A DNA stretch of 64,000 nt from Acidobacteriota bacterium (GCA_012719455.1 JAAYAJ010000002.1:929-64928), one strand, 5' to 3'. Counted from the first letter of the stretch, positions 17,830 to 27,231 are shown. Notes: generated by a model not told the origin, from the letters alone. Translations and numbers: made by a program.

Positions 17830-19167
17830 ATGGCCGAAGTCGTTTCGCGAACCGAGAGCCTCTGTCCCCACTGCCTGCGGCGCGTCCCCGCCGAGCGGGT
17901 GGCCGTGGGGGACGAGCTGTTCCTCCGCCGCAGCTGCCCGGAGCACGGCGAGGTGGAGCCCGTGCTGCTCTGGCGCAACCGCACCATCCCCTACTCCCTC
18001 TGGAGCCGCCCCGGGGACCCTTCGGCTCTTCCCCCACCCGATCCGCCCGGAGACTGCCCGCGCCTTTGCGGCATCTGCGCCGGGCACCGGCAGAGCACCT
18101 GCAGCGCCATCGTGGAAATCACCGCCCGCTGCGACCTCCGCTGCCCCGTCTGCTTCGCCGCCTCCGGGCCCGCGGCCGGCCCCGACCCCGACCTGGCCGG
18201 GCTGGAGCGCCTCCTCGGGCGGACGTTCGCGCGGGCCGGGAACTGCCCCCTGCAGCTGAGCGGCGGGGAACCCACCCTCCGGGACGACCTGCCCCTCATC
18301 GTGCGCCGGGCGCACGAGATCGGTTTCGATCATGTCCAGGTCAACACCAACGGCCTGCGTCTCGGGCGCGACCCGGAATTCGCCCGCGCGCTGGCCGATG
18401 CGGGGGTCACCGATTTTTTTCTCCAGTTCGACGGGGTCAGCGACGACGTCTTCCGCCGCCTGCGGGGAGCGCCGCTCCTGGACCTCAAGCTCGGGGCCCT
18501 CGAGCGCTGCCGGGAACTGCAGGTAGGCGTCATCCTCGTCCCGACCCTCGTCAAGGGAGTGAACGACGCCCAAATCGGCGAACTCATCGAGTTCGCCAAG
18601 GCGTGGATGCCGGTCGTGAAGGGGATCCACTTCCAGCCCCAGGCCTGGCTCGGCCGCTACCCGCATTCGCCCCGCAACAACGACCGGGTGCTGATCCCCG
18701 ACATCCTCGAGGCGATCGAGCGCCAGACAGGGGGGGAAATCGAGACAGGGAATTTCATCCCCCCCGGTTGAGAGGAACCCCACTGCTCCTTTTCCGCTCT
18801 CTCCGTGCTGAGAGACGATGGGAGGCTGGTGGCGACCACGCGTTTCGAGCGCGCCGGACCGGCCGGGGACGACGCCGCCGAAAAATCGCGCGCCTACGTG
18901 CGGCGCCACTGGAAATTCGCCGAACCCGGACCCGCTTCCGCCGCCCCGCCGCCCGGTCCGGACAACCTCTTCGAGCGGGTCCGCACCCATGTGCTCTGCA
19001 TCTCCGGCATGGCGTTCCAGGATGCCTGGAACATCGACCTCGAGCGGCTCCGGCGCTGCTGCATCCATGTCGCGAGTCCAACCCGGGGTCTGGTCCCCTT
19101 CTGCGCCTGGTACCTGGTCGACACGCACGGACGCCGACTTTACGGGGAAACCGCCCATGTTCCTTGA
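17830..19167 (+). CDS. Radical-SAM enzyme with an N-terminal zinc-ribbon-like motif and a C-terminal Cys-rich extension. It contains a single in-frame TGA at 18769-18771, so it is either a selenocysteine candidate or a disrupted gene.
   Basis: CPHCLRR...SCPEHG; radical SAM CDLRCPVC; GGEPTL. ORFs 17830..18771 and 18805..19167 are in the same frame. The only stop between them is TGA, and the downstream codons EEPHCSF... are open. Confidence 0.6.
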
Positions 19168-20542
19168 ACAGTGGCTGCACGGCGTCATCCGGTCCGGCCT
19201 TGAAAACGACCCCGGTCCCCGCGCGCGCGTGCAGGCCGGACCCGCCCCGGGGCGCGCCGAGGTGGTGCGGTACCAGGGGGCGTTGCTGGCCCGGGCGGTG
19301 CGCTACGCGGCGGCGCACAGCTCCTTTTACAGGGATCTCTTCCGAAAAAGCGGCATCCGCCCGGAGGAGATCCGCGGGTGCGCCGACCTCGGGCGCCTCC
19401 CATTCACCAGGCAGGAGGATGTGGCCCGCGCCCCCTACCGTTTCCTGTGCCTTTCCCGGGCGCAAATCGAGCGGGTCCATACCTTCGTCACCTCCGGCAC
19501 GACGGGACCCCGGAAGAAGGTTTTCTGGACCCGGGGGGATCTCGGGCGCATCGTCCGTTTCATGGCCGCCGGCATCGGGACGGTGGCCGGCAGGCAGGAC
19601 GTCGTACACATCTGCCTTCCCGACGGCCCTCCTTACAGCCAGGCGGACCTGCTCGGACGCGGGGTGGCCGCCGTCGGCGCCCGGGCGCTGGTGGCCGGCA
19701 CCGGCCGCTCCGCGCCCGAGCACCTGGAGTGGATCCGGCGGCACGGCAGCACGGTGCTGTTCGGCTGCGCCGGTCCCCTCTACCGGCTCACGCGCGAACT
19801 GGAGGCGCTGTGCGACCCGTCCCGGTGCGGGGTGCGCGTCCTCTTTCTCACCGCCGAGTATGTCCCCGCAGCGCGCAGGCGGGAGTTGGAAAGAACCTGG
19901 AAATGCCGGGTGCGGACGCACTACGGGCTCACCGAAATGGGGCTCGGGGTGGCCGTGGAGTGCGAGGCCGGGCACGGTTACCACTTCAACGAAGCCGACC
20001 TCCTGCTTGAGATCATCGATCCCGTGACGCTCGAGCCGGCGGCGCCCGGCGAGGAGGGGGAACTGGTGTTCACCACCCTCAACCGCGAGGCGATGCCCCT
20101 TTTGCGCTACCGCACCGGCGACATCTCCCGCTGGATCCCGGGGCCCTGCCCCTGCGGCGCCCGGAGCCTGCTCCGGTTCGACGCGGTCCGAAAACGCCGG
20201 GAATCGATAGTGACGATCGGCGCGGGAGAGGAGATTCACCCAACGCTGTTCGACGACGTCCTCTACGCCCTCCCCGGGGTGCTGGACTACCGGGTGGAGG
20301 TGACGCGGGACGGGGAACGGCCGCGCCTCGATTTCGGGATCGAGCTGCTTCCGAAAGCGGGGGACACGGCGCACGCCATCGCCGCGCGCCTCCACGGGCA
20401 CCCCCTCGTCCGGCGGCTTCTCCACCGGGGGGAGATGGCGCCCCCGGGGGTGAGCCTCCTGCCGCCGGGAGCGCTGAAAACGGCGGACCGGGCCAAGAAA
20501 CTGGTCGTGGACCGCCGCGACCGACTCAAAGCGCGGGCTTGA
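19157..20542 (+). CDS. Phenylacetate-CoA ligase / coenzyme F390 synthetase-like (PaaK-family) adenylate-forming enzyme.
   Basis: TSGTTGPRKKVFWTRGDL AMP-binding motif; YGLTEMG; C-terminal domain. 11-nt overlap with the radical-SAM gene. Start at internal M114 of ORF 18818..20542. Confidence 0.8.
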   Translation: MFLEQWLHGVIRSGLENDPGPRARVQAGPAPGRAEVVRYQGALLARAVRYAAAHSSFYRDLFRKSGIRPEEIRGCADLGRLPFTRQEDVARAPYRFLCLSRAQIERVHTFVTSGTTGPRKKVFWTRGDLGRIVRFMAAGIGTVAGRQDVVHICLPDGPPYSQADLLGRGVAAVGARALVAGTGRSAPEHLEWIRRHGSTVLFGCAGPLYRLTRELEALCDPSRCGVRVLFLTAEYVPAARRRELERTWKCRVRTHYGLTEMGLGVAVECEAGHGYHFNEADLLLEIIDPVTLEPAAPGEEGELVFTTLNREAMPLLRYRTGDISRWIPGPCPCGARSLLRFDAVRKRRESIVTIGAGEEIHPTLFDDVLYALPGVLDYRVEVTRDGERPRLDFGIELLPKAGDTAHAIAARLHGHPLVRRLLHRGEMAPPGVSLLPPGALKTADRAKKLVVDRRDRLKARA

Positions 20543-21263
20543 CCGCCATGATCGAGGCGCTCCCCCATTTCCGGTCGACGTGCGGGACCATGCTCCCGAT
20601 GTCCCACCCCTTTTCTTCCAGGAACCCGAGGACCTCCCGGGCCCGATAGAGGTGCGTCACCTCCACCTGGATCCGCTCGAAACCGGCCCCGGCGAGCGCG
20701 CGGGCGTATTCCCGCTCCTCGAGCGCCCCTCCGAGACACCCCACCCAGCGGCCCACCCCCGCGCGGATCCCCGCGGGGATGTCGCCCCGGGTGACGATAT
20801 CACAGGCAGCCAGCCGCCCGCCGGGCGCCAGGACGCGGAAAGCCTCGGCCAGCACCCGGCCCTTGTCGACGGAAAGGTTGATGACGCAGTTGGAAATGAC
20901 GACATCGACCGTGCCGTCCCGGAGCGGAATGCGCTCGATTTCGCCCCTGACCAGTTCGACGCCGGCCGTGCCCTTAAGGTTGCGGGCGGCCAGGGCGATC
21001 ATCTCCTCCGTCATGTCCAGGCCGTAGACCCTGCCCCCCGGCGCCACCCGCCGGGCCGCCAGCAGGCAGTCGCGCCCCCCGCCGCTTCCAAGATCCAGCA
21101 CCACGTTCCCGGGCCCGAGCCCGGCCAGGGACACGGGGTCGCCGCAACCGAGCGACACCTGCACGGCCGCCCCCCCCTCCCGCCGGCTCCTCTGGAGCGC
21201 CCGCGCGGCGATCGCCCCGTACCTGCGCCGCACTTCCCCGCCGACATCCATGCCGTCCTCCAT
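20526..21263 (-). CDS. Class I SAM-dependent methyltransferase, arsenite methyltransferase (ArsM)-like.
   Basis: SLGCGDPV...VLDLGSGGGRDC...VYGLDMTEEM...VISNCVINLSVDKGRVLAEAFRVLAPGG carries ArsM-type Cys/SAM motifs. Confidence 0.6.
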   Translation of the reverse strand: MEDGMDVGGEVRRRYGAIAARALQRSRREGGAAVQVSLGCGDPVSLAGLGPGNVVLDLGSGGGRDCLLAARRVAPGGRVYGLDMTEEMIALAARNLKGTAGVELVRGEIERIPLRDGTVDVVISNCVINLSVDKGRVLAEAFRVLAPGGRLAACDIVTRGDIPAGIRAGVGRWVGCLGGALEEREYARALAGAGFERIQVEVTHLYRAREVLGFLEEKGWDIGSMVPHVDRKWGSASIMAVKPAL

Positions 21264-21480
21264 CCGGAGCCGCCGCCAATCCCCGCGGCCCCTTTGGATG
21301 AAACGTTACCATCATGGAGGACGTAATTAAAAGCGATAGGATTGAATGGTTGACAACCTGTCCCCGTTTGTTCCACAGTGGTAGCCGTCCACCCGCACGC
21401 GGATGACGAGGCAATGTTTGTCCATGGGTCAACCCCGAAGACGACACTCATTACATAATATCGAGCGAAGGAGTAACGCC

Positions 21481-22290
21481 ATGTCCGGAGGCAAGAAAAC
21501 CGACAGCACGGAAACGGCTGCCAAAAAGAAATTTACAAGACGCGATTTTCTGGTCACCGGCGGAACCGTGGTCGCGGTCGATGCCCTGATAGCCACGACT
21601 CCCGCCGCTGCGGTCGCCGCGTCCCCCGCGCCACCGCCTGAAAAAGTCCAGGCCTACCCTGCATCCAAGGGGTACCTGGTCTACGACAGCAAGAAATGCA
21701 TCGGGTGTACGACCTGCATGCTCAGCTGCTCGCTGACCCACTACGGGGTGCAGAGCCTCTCGCTGGCGCGCATCCAGATCATACAGGACTCCTTCGGAAA
21801 ATTTCCGACCGACCTGGAGATGGCCCCCTGCCGCCAGTGCAAGTACCCCCCTTGCGTGCAAAGCTGCCCGGTCCAGGCCTGTTTCGTCGACGAGGCCAAT
21901 GGCAACGTCCGCAGGATCGACACCGACAAATGCATCGGCTGCAAGACCTGCCTCAAGATGTGCCCCCAGCAGCCGCACCGGACCGTCTGGAACCACGAAA
22001 TCAAGAAATCCACCAAGTGCGACCTCTGCCTCGAGACCCCTTACTGGAACGAAAAGGGGGGGATCGGCGGCAAGCAGGCGTGCGTGGAATCGTGTCCTAT
22101 GAAAGCCATCAAGTTCGTCAGCGAAATGCCCGACCAGAAGGAAACCGATGGCTATAACGTCAACCTACGCAACGAACATTGGCTCAAGCTGGGGCTGGTG
22201 GACGACAGCAGAATCGTACCGCCTGGATCGCGCAGCATGGGCGGCGGCGCACCGAAAGCCAAAATGCAGGCGCCCAAAGCGAAAGCATAA
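21481..22290 (+). CDS. Tat-exported four-cluster [4Fe-4S] ferredoxin-type subunit (DmsB/YdhX-like).
   Basis: TRRDFLVTGG twin-arginine motif. Four CxxCxxCxxxCP-type motifs. RBS aaggag at 21467-21472. Start at internal M27 of ORF 21403..22290. Confidence 0.8.
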   Translation: MSGGKKTDSTETAAKKKFTRRDFLVTGGTVVAVDALIATTPAAAVAASPAPPPEKVQAYPASKGYLVYDSKKCIGCTTCMLSCSLTHYGVQSLSLARIQIIQDSFGKFPTDLEMAPCRQCKYPPCVQSCPVQACFVDEANGNVRRIDTDKCIGCKTCLKMCPQQPHRTVWNHEIKKSTKCDLCLETPYWNEKGGIGGKQACVESCPMKAIKFVSEMPDQKETDGYNVNLRNEHWLKLGLVDDSRIVPPGSRSMGGGAPKAKMQAPKAKA

Positions 22291-22304
22291 GGAGGAGACA
22301 TATC

Positions 22305-24407
22305 ATGCCAGGCGGATACACAGGTAAGATCTTAAGAGTCAATCTCACGACCAAGCAGGTCAGCACCATTCCCACGGAGAAGTACGTGGAATTCGGCGGC
22401 GGCCACGGCATCGGTTCGGCCGTCTTCTTCGACCTGGTCGGCGACCAGCTCCCGTTCGACGCCTTCGATCCCCGCAACCTCATCATCATGATGGCGTCCC
22501 CCTTCTCGGGCACCTTCATGCCGGGCAGCGGACGGTGCGAAGTCCAGGGGCTGGGGCCGATGCTCTACCCGATCGAGTGGTTCGGCCACAGCAACTTCGG
22601 GGGGCGGTTCACCGCCCAGATGAAATTCGCCGGCTGGGACGGCATCGTCGTGGAAGGCGCCTCGGACAGTCCGGTCTACATCGACGTCATCAACGACCAG
22701 GTGAAGATCGAGGACGCCACCAACGGCGTCTGGGGAATGGACACCTGGGACGCGCAGCAGGAAATCTCGCGCCGTGCCGTCCCCGGCCTCAAGCAGGGCG
22801 AATGGGCCGAACTGGCCCAGAATTGCTTCACCACCCAGATCCCCGCGGTCGTGGCCTGCGGTCCCGCGGGCGAACGCAAGAGCCGGCTGGGTGCGCTGCT
22901 TCACGGCCCGGGCTCCCAGGCCGCCCTGTGCGGATTCGGCGGCGTCTTCGGGTCCAAGAACCTCAAGGCCATCAGCTTCCTCGGCACCGGCAGCGTCCCT
23001 ATCGCCGACCCCAAGGCCTTCATGGACGCCCGGCTCTGGTTCCGCCAGTTCCAGTGGGACGTGGATAACCCGCGCGACGCCGAGATTTTCGAAGGGGGGG
23101 GGTATTCCCTGATCAACGGCGCCCCGAGCGGCGGCAACGTGACCAACGGCGGGCCCAACCGGGTGCCCGCGCGCGCGGCCGCCTGCGCTTCCTGCCCCAG
23201 GGGATGCAAGATGCGGCTTGCCACCGGCGACAGCAACGAGGCGGTATGCGCCGGGACCATGGTGGCCAACGTCGGCGGCGGCGGCATGTTCGCCGCCTTC
23301 GGCCGCAAGCCGGACCCGAACGCCATGCCCACGGCGCTCAGCCAGAAGCTGACGCGGCAGGCCAACGATCTCATGCACCGCTACGGTCTCGGCCATTGGC
23401 AGGTAATGGCCACCCGCGGCTACATCGAAGCCCTGGTGCGCGAAGGCGTCATCGGCAAGGGAAAGCAGATCGATTTCGAGCTGCCCCCCGCGGGAAGCTT
23501 CGCCTACCACGAAACGATGTTCCGGACCATCGCCCTGCGCGAGGGGCCTCTCGGCGCCTTGGCGGCCGAGGGGGCGGCCCGGATGGCCGAAAAGCTGGGG
23601 CGCTACCAGAAGGACGTCTCGAGCGGCATGCTGAGGTTGACCTACTACGGGACCCAGGAGCACTACGATTCCGCCACCCAGGTGGAATGGGGCTACGGCT
23701 CCATCCTGGGGGAGCGCGACCTGATGCTGCACCAGATGGCCAACTACCCGCTGCACTGGATGGCGCAGTCGGGCAACCCCTACCTCGACGCCGAACAGGC
23801 CTCCAAGCTTTACGCCGAGGCGATGGTCCCCTACGAGGACGACCGCTACCTGGTCGATTACGGGGAAGGACCGACGGGGATCTACTCCGATTCCAAGGTC
23901 AAGCAGGTGGCCTGGGTCAAGCACTACGAGAAGTTCTGGATCGGCGCGGGCGGGTTCTGCGGATGGCGCTGGCCGCAGTGCATCACCAACAACACCGCCG
24001 ACCGGCGGGGGGCCACCCCTCATGCGGAGCCGAGGTTCTGGAACGCCGTGACGGGCCAGAACAAGACCTTCGCCGACTACATGGAACTGGGGCACAAGAT
24101 CTTCACCCTCGACCGGGCCATCTGGGCGTTGCAGGGCCGGACGCGGGACATGGAGGTCTTCCCCGACTACGTGTACGACCAGGAAAGCAGGGGCAGCGTC
24201 CAGCCGATGGTGGTCGACGGCAAGTGGACATACGCCACGGGGCAGGGACGCAAGCTGGACCGTGCCAAGGTCGAGGACTGGAAGACCCGCTTCTACAAGT
24301 TCGAGGGGTATAATCCCGCCACCGGGATCGCCACCCGGGAGACGCTTGAGAAGATGGGGATGAAGAAGGTAGCCGACACCCTCGAGAAGCGGGGCAAGCT
24401 GGGCTAG
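22305..24407 (+). CDS. Aldehyde:ferredoxin oxidoreductase family (W/Mo-pterin) enzyme, YdhV-like, 700 aa.
   Basis: MPGGYTGKILRVNLTTKQV...GGGHGIG AOR N-terminal domain. No signal peptide of its own. RBS aaggagg upstream. Start at internal M43 of ORF 22179..24407. Confidence 0.85.
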   Translation: MPGGYTGKILRVNLTTKQVSTIPTEKYVEFGGGHGIGSAVFFDLVGDQLPFDAFDPRNLIIMMASPFSGTFMPGSGRCEVQGLGPMLYPIEWFGHSNFGGRFTAQMKFAGWDGIVVEGASDSPVYIDVINDQVKIEDATNGVWGMDTWDAQQEISRRAVPGLKQGEWAELAQNCFTTQIPAVVACGPAGERKSRLGALLHGPGSQAALCGFGGVFGSKNLKAISFLGTGSVPIADPKAFMDARLWFRQFQWDVDNPRDAEIFEGGGYSLINGAPSGGNVTNGGPNRVPARAAACASCPRGCKMRLATGDSNEAVCAGTMVANVGGGGMFAAFGRKPDPNAMPTALSQKLTRQANDLMHRYGLGHWQVMATRGYIEALVREGVIGKGKQIDFELPPAGSFAYHETMFRTIALREGPLGALAAEGAARMAEKLGRYQKDVSSGMLRLTYYGTQEHYDSATQVEWGYGSILGERDLMLHQMANYPLHWMAQSGNPYLDAEQASKLYAEAMVPYEDDRYLVDYGEGPTGIYSDSKVKQVAWVKHYEKFWIGAGGFCGWRWPQCITNNTADRRGATPHAEPRFWNAVTGQNKTFADYMELGHKIFTLDRAIWALQGRTRDMEVFPDYVYDQESRGSVQPMVVDGKWTYATGQGRKLDRAKVEDWKTRFYKFEGYNPATGIATRETLEKMGMKKVADTLEKRGKLG

Positions 24408-24432
24408 AGTCCGTCTCCGGCCTCGAGTTCCG

Positions 24433-24476
24433 GGGGCCGCGGGTCGCGAGTGCGACCCGCGGCCCCTTTTTTATTT
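24433..24476. terminator. Bidirectional rho-independent terminator between the AOR gene (+) and nifS (-).
   Basis: Perfect 15-bp stem GGGGCCGCGGGTCGC gagt GCGACCCGCGGCCCC followed by TTTTTTATTT. Confidence 0.7.
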
Positions 24477-25691
24477 CGCTTCGAGCATCCCGAGCGCATC
24501 CGGATGGGGGGCGTTGACGGCGTTGTCCCAGTAGGGGGAAAGCGTGCGCAGGTTGGCTACGATGCCCGGGAACACTTCGAGCACCCGGTCGATCTCCGCG
24601 TCGGTGGTATAGCGGCTCAGGCTGAAGCGGACCGAGCCATGCACCGCCGTGAAGGGCACTTTCATCGCCCGCAGCACGTGCGAAGGCTCGAGCGACCCGG
24701 AGGTGCAGGCCGACCCGCTCGAGGCGCAGATCCCGTACTCGCCGAGCTGAAACAGCATCCCCTCCCCCTCGATGAAGTGAAAGGAGATGTTCAGGGTGTT
24801 CGGCAGGCGCGGGGCCCCGCCGCCGTTGATCTCGACCGAAGGGATCCTCTCCACCAGGCCCCGCTCCAGCCGGTCGCGGAGGCGCCCGATCCGGGCCTCG
24901 TCCCCCGGCGCGTTGGCCGTCGCGAGGCTGAAGGCCCGGCCGAGGCCCACGATGTAAGGGACGTTTTCGGTCCCCCCGCGCCGGCCCGCCTCCTGGTGCC
25001 CCCCGAGTAGAAACGGACGCATCCGGGTGCCGCGGCGCAGGTAGAGGACGCCCACCCCCTTGGGTGCGTGCAGCTTGTGCCCCGAAAAGGAGAGAAGGTC
25101 CACGTAAGGAAACCCCCGCACCATATCGATGGGCAGCTTCCCCACCGTCTGGGTGGCGTCGGTGTGAAAGACGATGCCCGGGTCGGTCTCCTTGACGATG
25201 CGCGACAGCTGGTCGATGGGAAACACCACGCCGGTCTCGTTGTTGGCGTGCATGATCGACACCAGCAGGGTCTCCGGCGAGAGCGCGCGGATGAACCCCG
25301 GCATGTCGAGATTACCGTTCCGGTCCACCTCCACGTACGTCACCCGGCAGCCGTTTCGTTCCATCTCCCGGCAGACCTCCAGCACGGCCGGATGTTCCAC
25401 CGTGGTCGTGATGATATGTTTCCGGTTCGGGTTGGCGCGCACGACCCCCTGGATGGCGGTGTTGTTGCTTTCAGTCGCGCACCCGGTGAAAAGGATCTCG
25501 CTCGGTTCCACCCCCCCGAGGCAGTCGGCGATCGTCCGGCGCGCGGCGGCGACCGCCTGGCTCGTCCGCCCGGCGGGTTCGTACATTGAACTGGGGTTGA
25601 AATAGTCTTCGGTGAAAAACGGGATCATCGCCTCGTAGACTTCCGGGGCGATCCGCGTCGTGGCGTTGTTGTCAAGATAGATAATATCCAT
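24471..25691 (-). CDS. nifS: Cysteine desulfurase (NifS/IscS, class V aminotransferase).
   Basis: MDIIYLDNNATT...SFSGHKLHAPKGVG (PLP lysine)...SSGSACTSG active-site Cys loop. Confidence 0.9.
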   Translation of the reverse strand: MDIIYLDNNATTRIAPEVYEAMIPFFTEDYFNPSSMYEPAGRTSQAVAAARRTIADCLGGVEPSEILFTGCATESNNTAIQGVVRANPNRKHIITTTVEHPAVLEVCREMERNGCRVTYVEVDRNGNLDMPGFIRALSPETLLVSIMHANNETGVVFPIDQLSRIVKETDPGIVFHTDATQTVGKLPIDMVRGFPYVDLLSFSGHKLHAPKGVGVLYLRRGTRMRPFLLGGHQEAGRRGGTENVPYIVGLGRAFSLATANAPGDEARIGRLRDRLERGLVERIPSVEINGGGAPRLPNTLNISFHFIEGEGMLFQLGEYGICASSGSACTSGSLEPSHVLRAMKVPFTAVHGSVRFSLSRYTTDAEIDRVLEVFPGIVANLRTLSPYWDNAVNAPHPDALGMLEAK

Positions 25692-25697
25692 GCCCGC

Positions 25698-26666
25698 CTA
25701 TACCTCGATCACCCGGATCCGCTCGTCCACCCGTTCCCTCAGGATCCGCTCCACCATCTTTTTCAGCGTCCGGGAGGCGCCGGAGCAGTGGGCGCAGGCT
25801 CCCTGGAGCCGACAGTAGACGATCATCCCCTTGATGTCCACGATCTCGATGTCCCCGCCGTCGAGCTTCAGGGAGGGACGGACGAACTCCTCCACCACCT
25901 TCTCCACCTTCTTCGAAAACTGGTAGGGGGAGAATTCGGCGGGAGGCGGCGCCTCGAGCGATACCAGCGGAAACACCGGCGCCGCCGGGGTGTCGCTCGC
26001 AGCCGCCGTGCTTTCCCCCTGCCAGGCCCGGTCGAGCAGGTCCTGCAGCCCGCCGGGGACATGGTGGCAACTGCTGCAAGCGCCGCCGGCCTTGATGGCG
26101 TTGGTGATCTGCGGGATCGTCCGCAGGTTGAGCTCCTTGATCTTGCGCAGGATGTAGGGTTCGGTCAGGGAAAAGCACTTGCACACCATGCGCCCCTCCT
26201 CGGTATCCCGACCCTGCAGGTCGATACCCAGCGCTTCCAGGTCCACCCCGCGCCGCTGCGCCCAGTTGAAGACCGCCGCTTCCAGCGCTTCCGCGCCCAT
26301 GACGGAGCAGTGGATCTTCTGCTCCGGGAGCCCCCCGAGGTATTCCACGATGTCGCTGTTCTGGATGCTCAGCGCGGAGATCGGGGTGTACTCCCCCTGC
26401 TCGATGATGGAGCACAGCGCCTCCGAAGCGGCGATGGCGGAAGTGCAACCGAAGGTCAGGTATTTCGCCTCGGTGATGATGTCCTGGGTTGGATCGCTGG
26501 GATGGCGCTTGACACGGAAGGTGAACCGCATCGCATCCCCGCAGGCTATCGATCCGTGCTCGCCCATCCCGTCGGGGTTCTCGATTTCGCCCAGGTGGGT
26601 GCCCGGCCTGCCGTGCACCGCGTCCATGAACAGCTGCTTGGTCTTATCGCTGTATTCCCAATCCAT
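25698..26666 (-). CDS. nifU: NifU (IscU-like N-terminal domain, BFD-like [2Fe-2S] middle domain, NifU C-terminal domain).
   Basis: MDWEYSDKTKQLFMDAVHGRPGT...GSIACGDAMRF...C-terminal CxxC motifs. Start at internal M27 of ORF 25698..26744. Confidence 0.9.
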   Translation of the reverse strand: MDWEYSDKTKQLFMDAVHGRPGTHLGEIENPDGMGEHGSIACGDAMRFTFRVKRHPSDPTQDIITEAKYLTFGCTSAIAASEALCSIIEQGEYTPISALSIQNSDIVEYLGGLPEQKIHCSVMGAEALEAAVFNWAQRRGVDLEALGIDLQGRDTEEGRMVCKCFSLTEPYILRKIKELNLRTIPQITNAIKAGGACSSCHHVPGGLQDLLDRAWQGESTAAASDTPAAPVFPLVSLEAPPPAEFSPYQFSKKVEKVVEEFVRPSLKLDGGDIEIVDIKGMIVYCRLQGACAHCSGASRTLKKMVERILRERVDERIRVIEV

Positions 26667-26854
26667 CGTCCGACTCCGCGTGATTGCCAGTAGTTCCGGC
26701 CCGGGCGGCGCCCGGCGTGACACCCATCGGCGACGCCCCACCACCTCAGGCCGGAGGAACTTTATAATATAGCGCTTCGGCGGGCTTCAGGCAAACGTGC
26801 AGGTGGAGGGGAAGCGGCGGGAGTGTGGTAGAATGCCCCAAGCGGGCGGCCCCT

Positions 26855-27211
26855 ATGACACAGCGGGAATTCGAGGAGATCGTCGAGCGCGCCCTGCGCG
26901 GGGTGCCCCGGCGGTTCCGGGACATCCTGGAGCGGGAGGGGATCCCGGTGCTGGCGCGCAACCGGGTCCCGCGGGCGCTCCGGGAAGAGGACCGGGTGCT
27001 GTTCGGGCTTTTCGTGGGCGTACCCTACACGGAGCGCTCCATGTTCGACCTCGAGCTGGAGCCCACGCGCATCGAACTCTACCGGGAAAGCTTCGAAGAG
27101 ATGTTTTCAGACCGCGCCGAAATGGAGGCCGAGATCGTGAAAACCGTCATCCACGAAATCGGCCACTACTTCGGATTCTCCGAGCCTGAACTCGAGCGCC
27201 ACGGCCTCTGA
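26855..27211 (+). CDS. Small zincin-like metallopeptidase-family protein (Zincin_1/DUF1025-like).
   Basis: 118 aa with HEIGHYFGFSE (HExxH). TGgTAGAAT extended -10-like sequence just upstream. Confidence 0.65.
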   Translation: MTQREFEEIVERALRGVPRRFRDILEREGIPVLARNRVPRALREEDRVLFGLFVGVPYTERSMFDLELEPTRIELYRESFEEMFSDRAEMEAEIVKTVIHEIGHYFGFSEPELERHGL

Positions 27212-27231
27212 CCGGTCTTGCCGGGGGGAGC

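Noticed and set aside
18772-18804. Treating 18805..19167 as an independent gene with a GTG start.
   Set aside because: It has no RBS, shares the frame of the upstream radical-SAM ORF, and the 11 codons between the TGA and the GTG are open. The sequence is best explained as the C-terminal part of one protein read through or broken at UGA. This is kept as a finding rather than a separate CDS.
10259-24095. Other large shadow ORFs such as 10259..11410 (-), 11561..13033 (-), 12973..14325 (-), 14836..16254 (+), 17788..19188 (-), 18755..20425 (-) and 22332..24095 (-).
   Set aside because: Each overlaps a gene with clear domain motifs on the other strand or frame. The translations are Arg/Gly/Pro-rich with no motifs.
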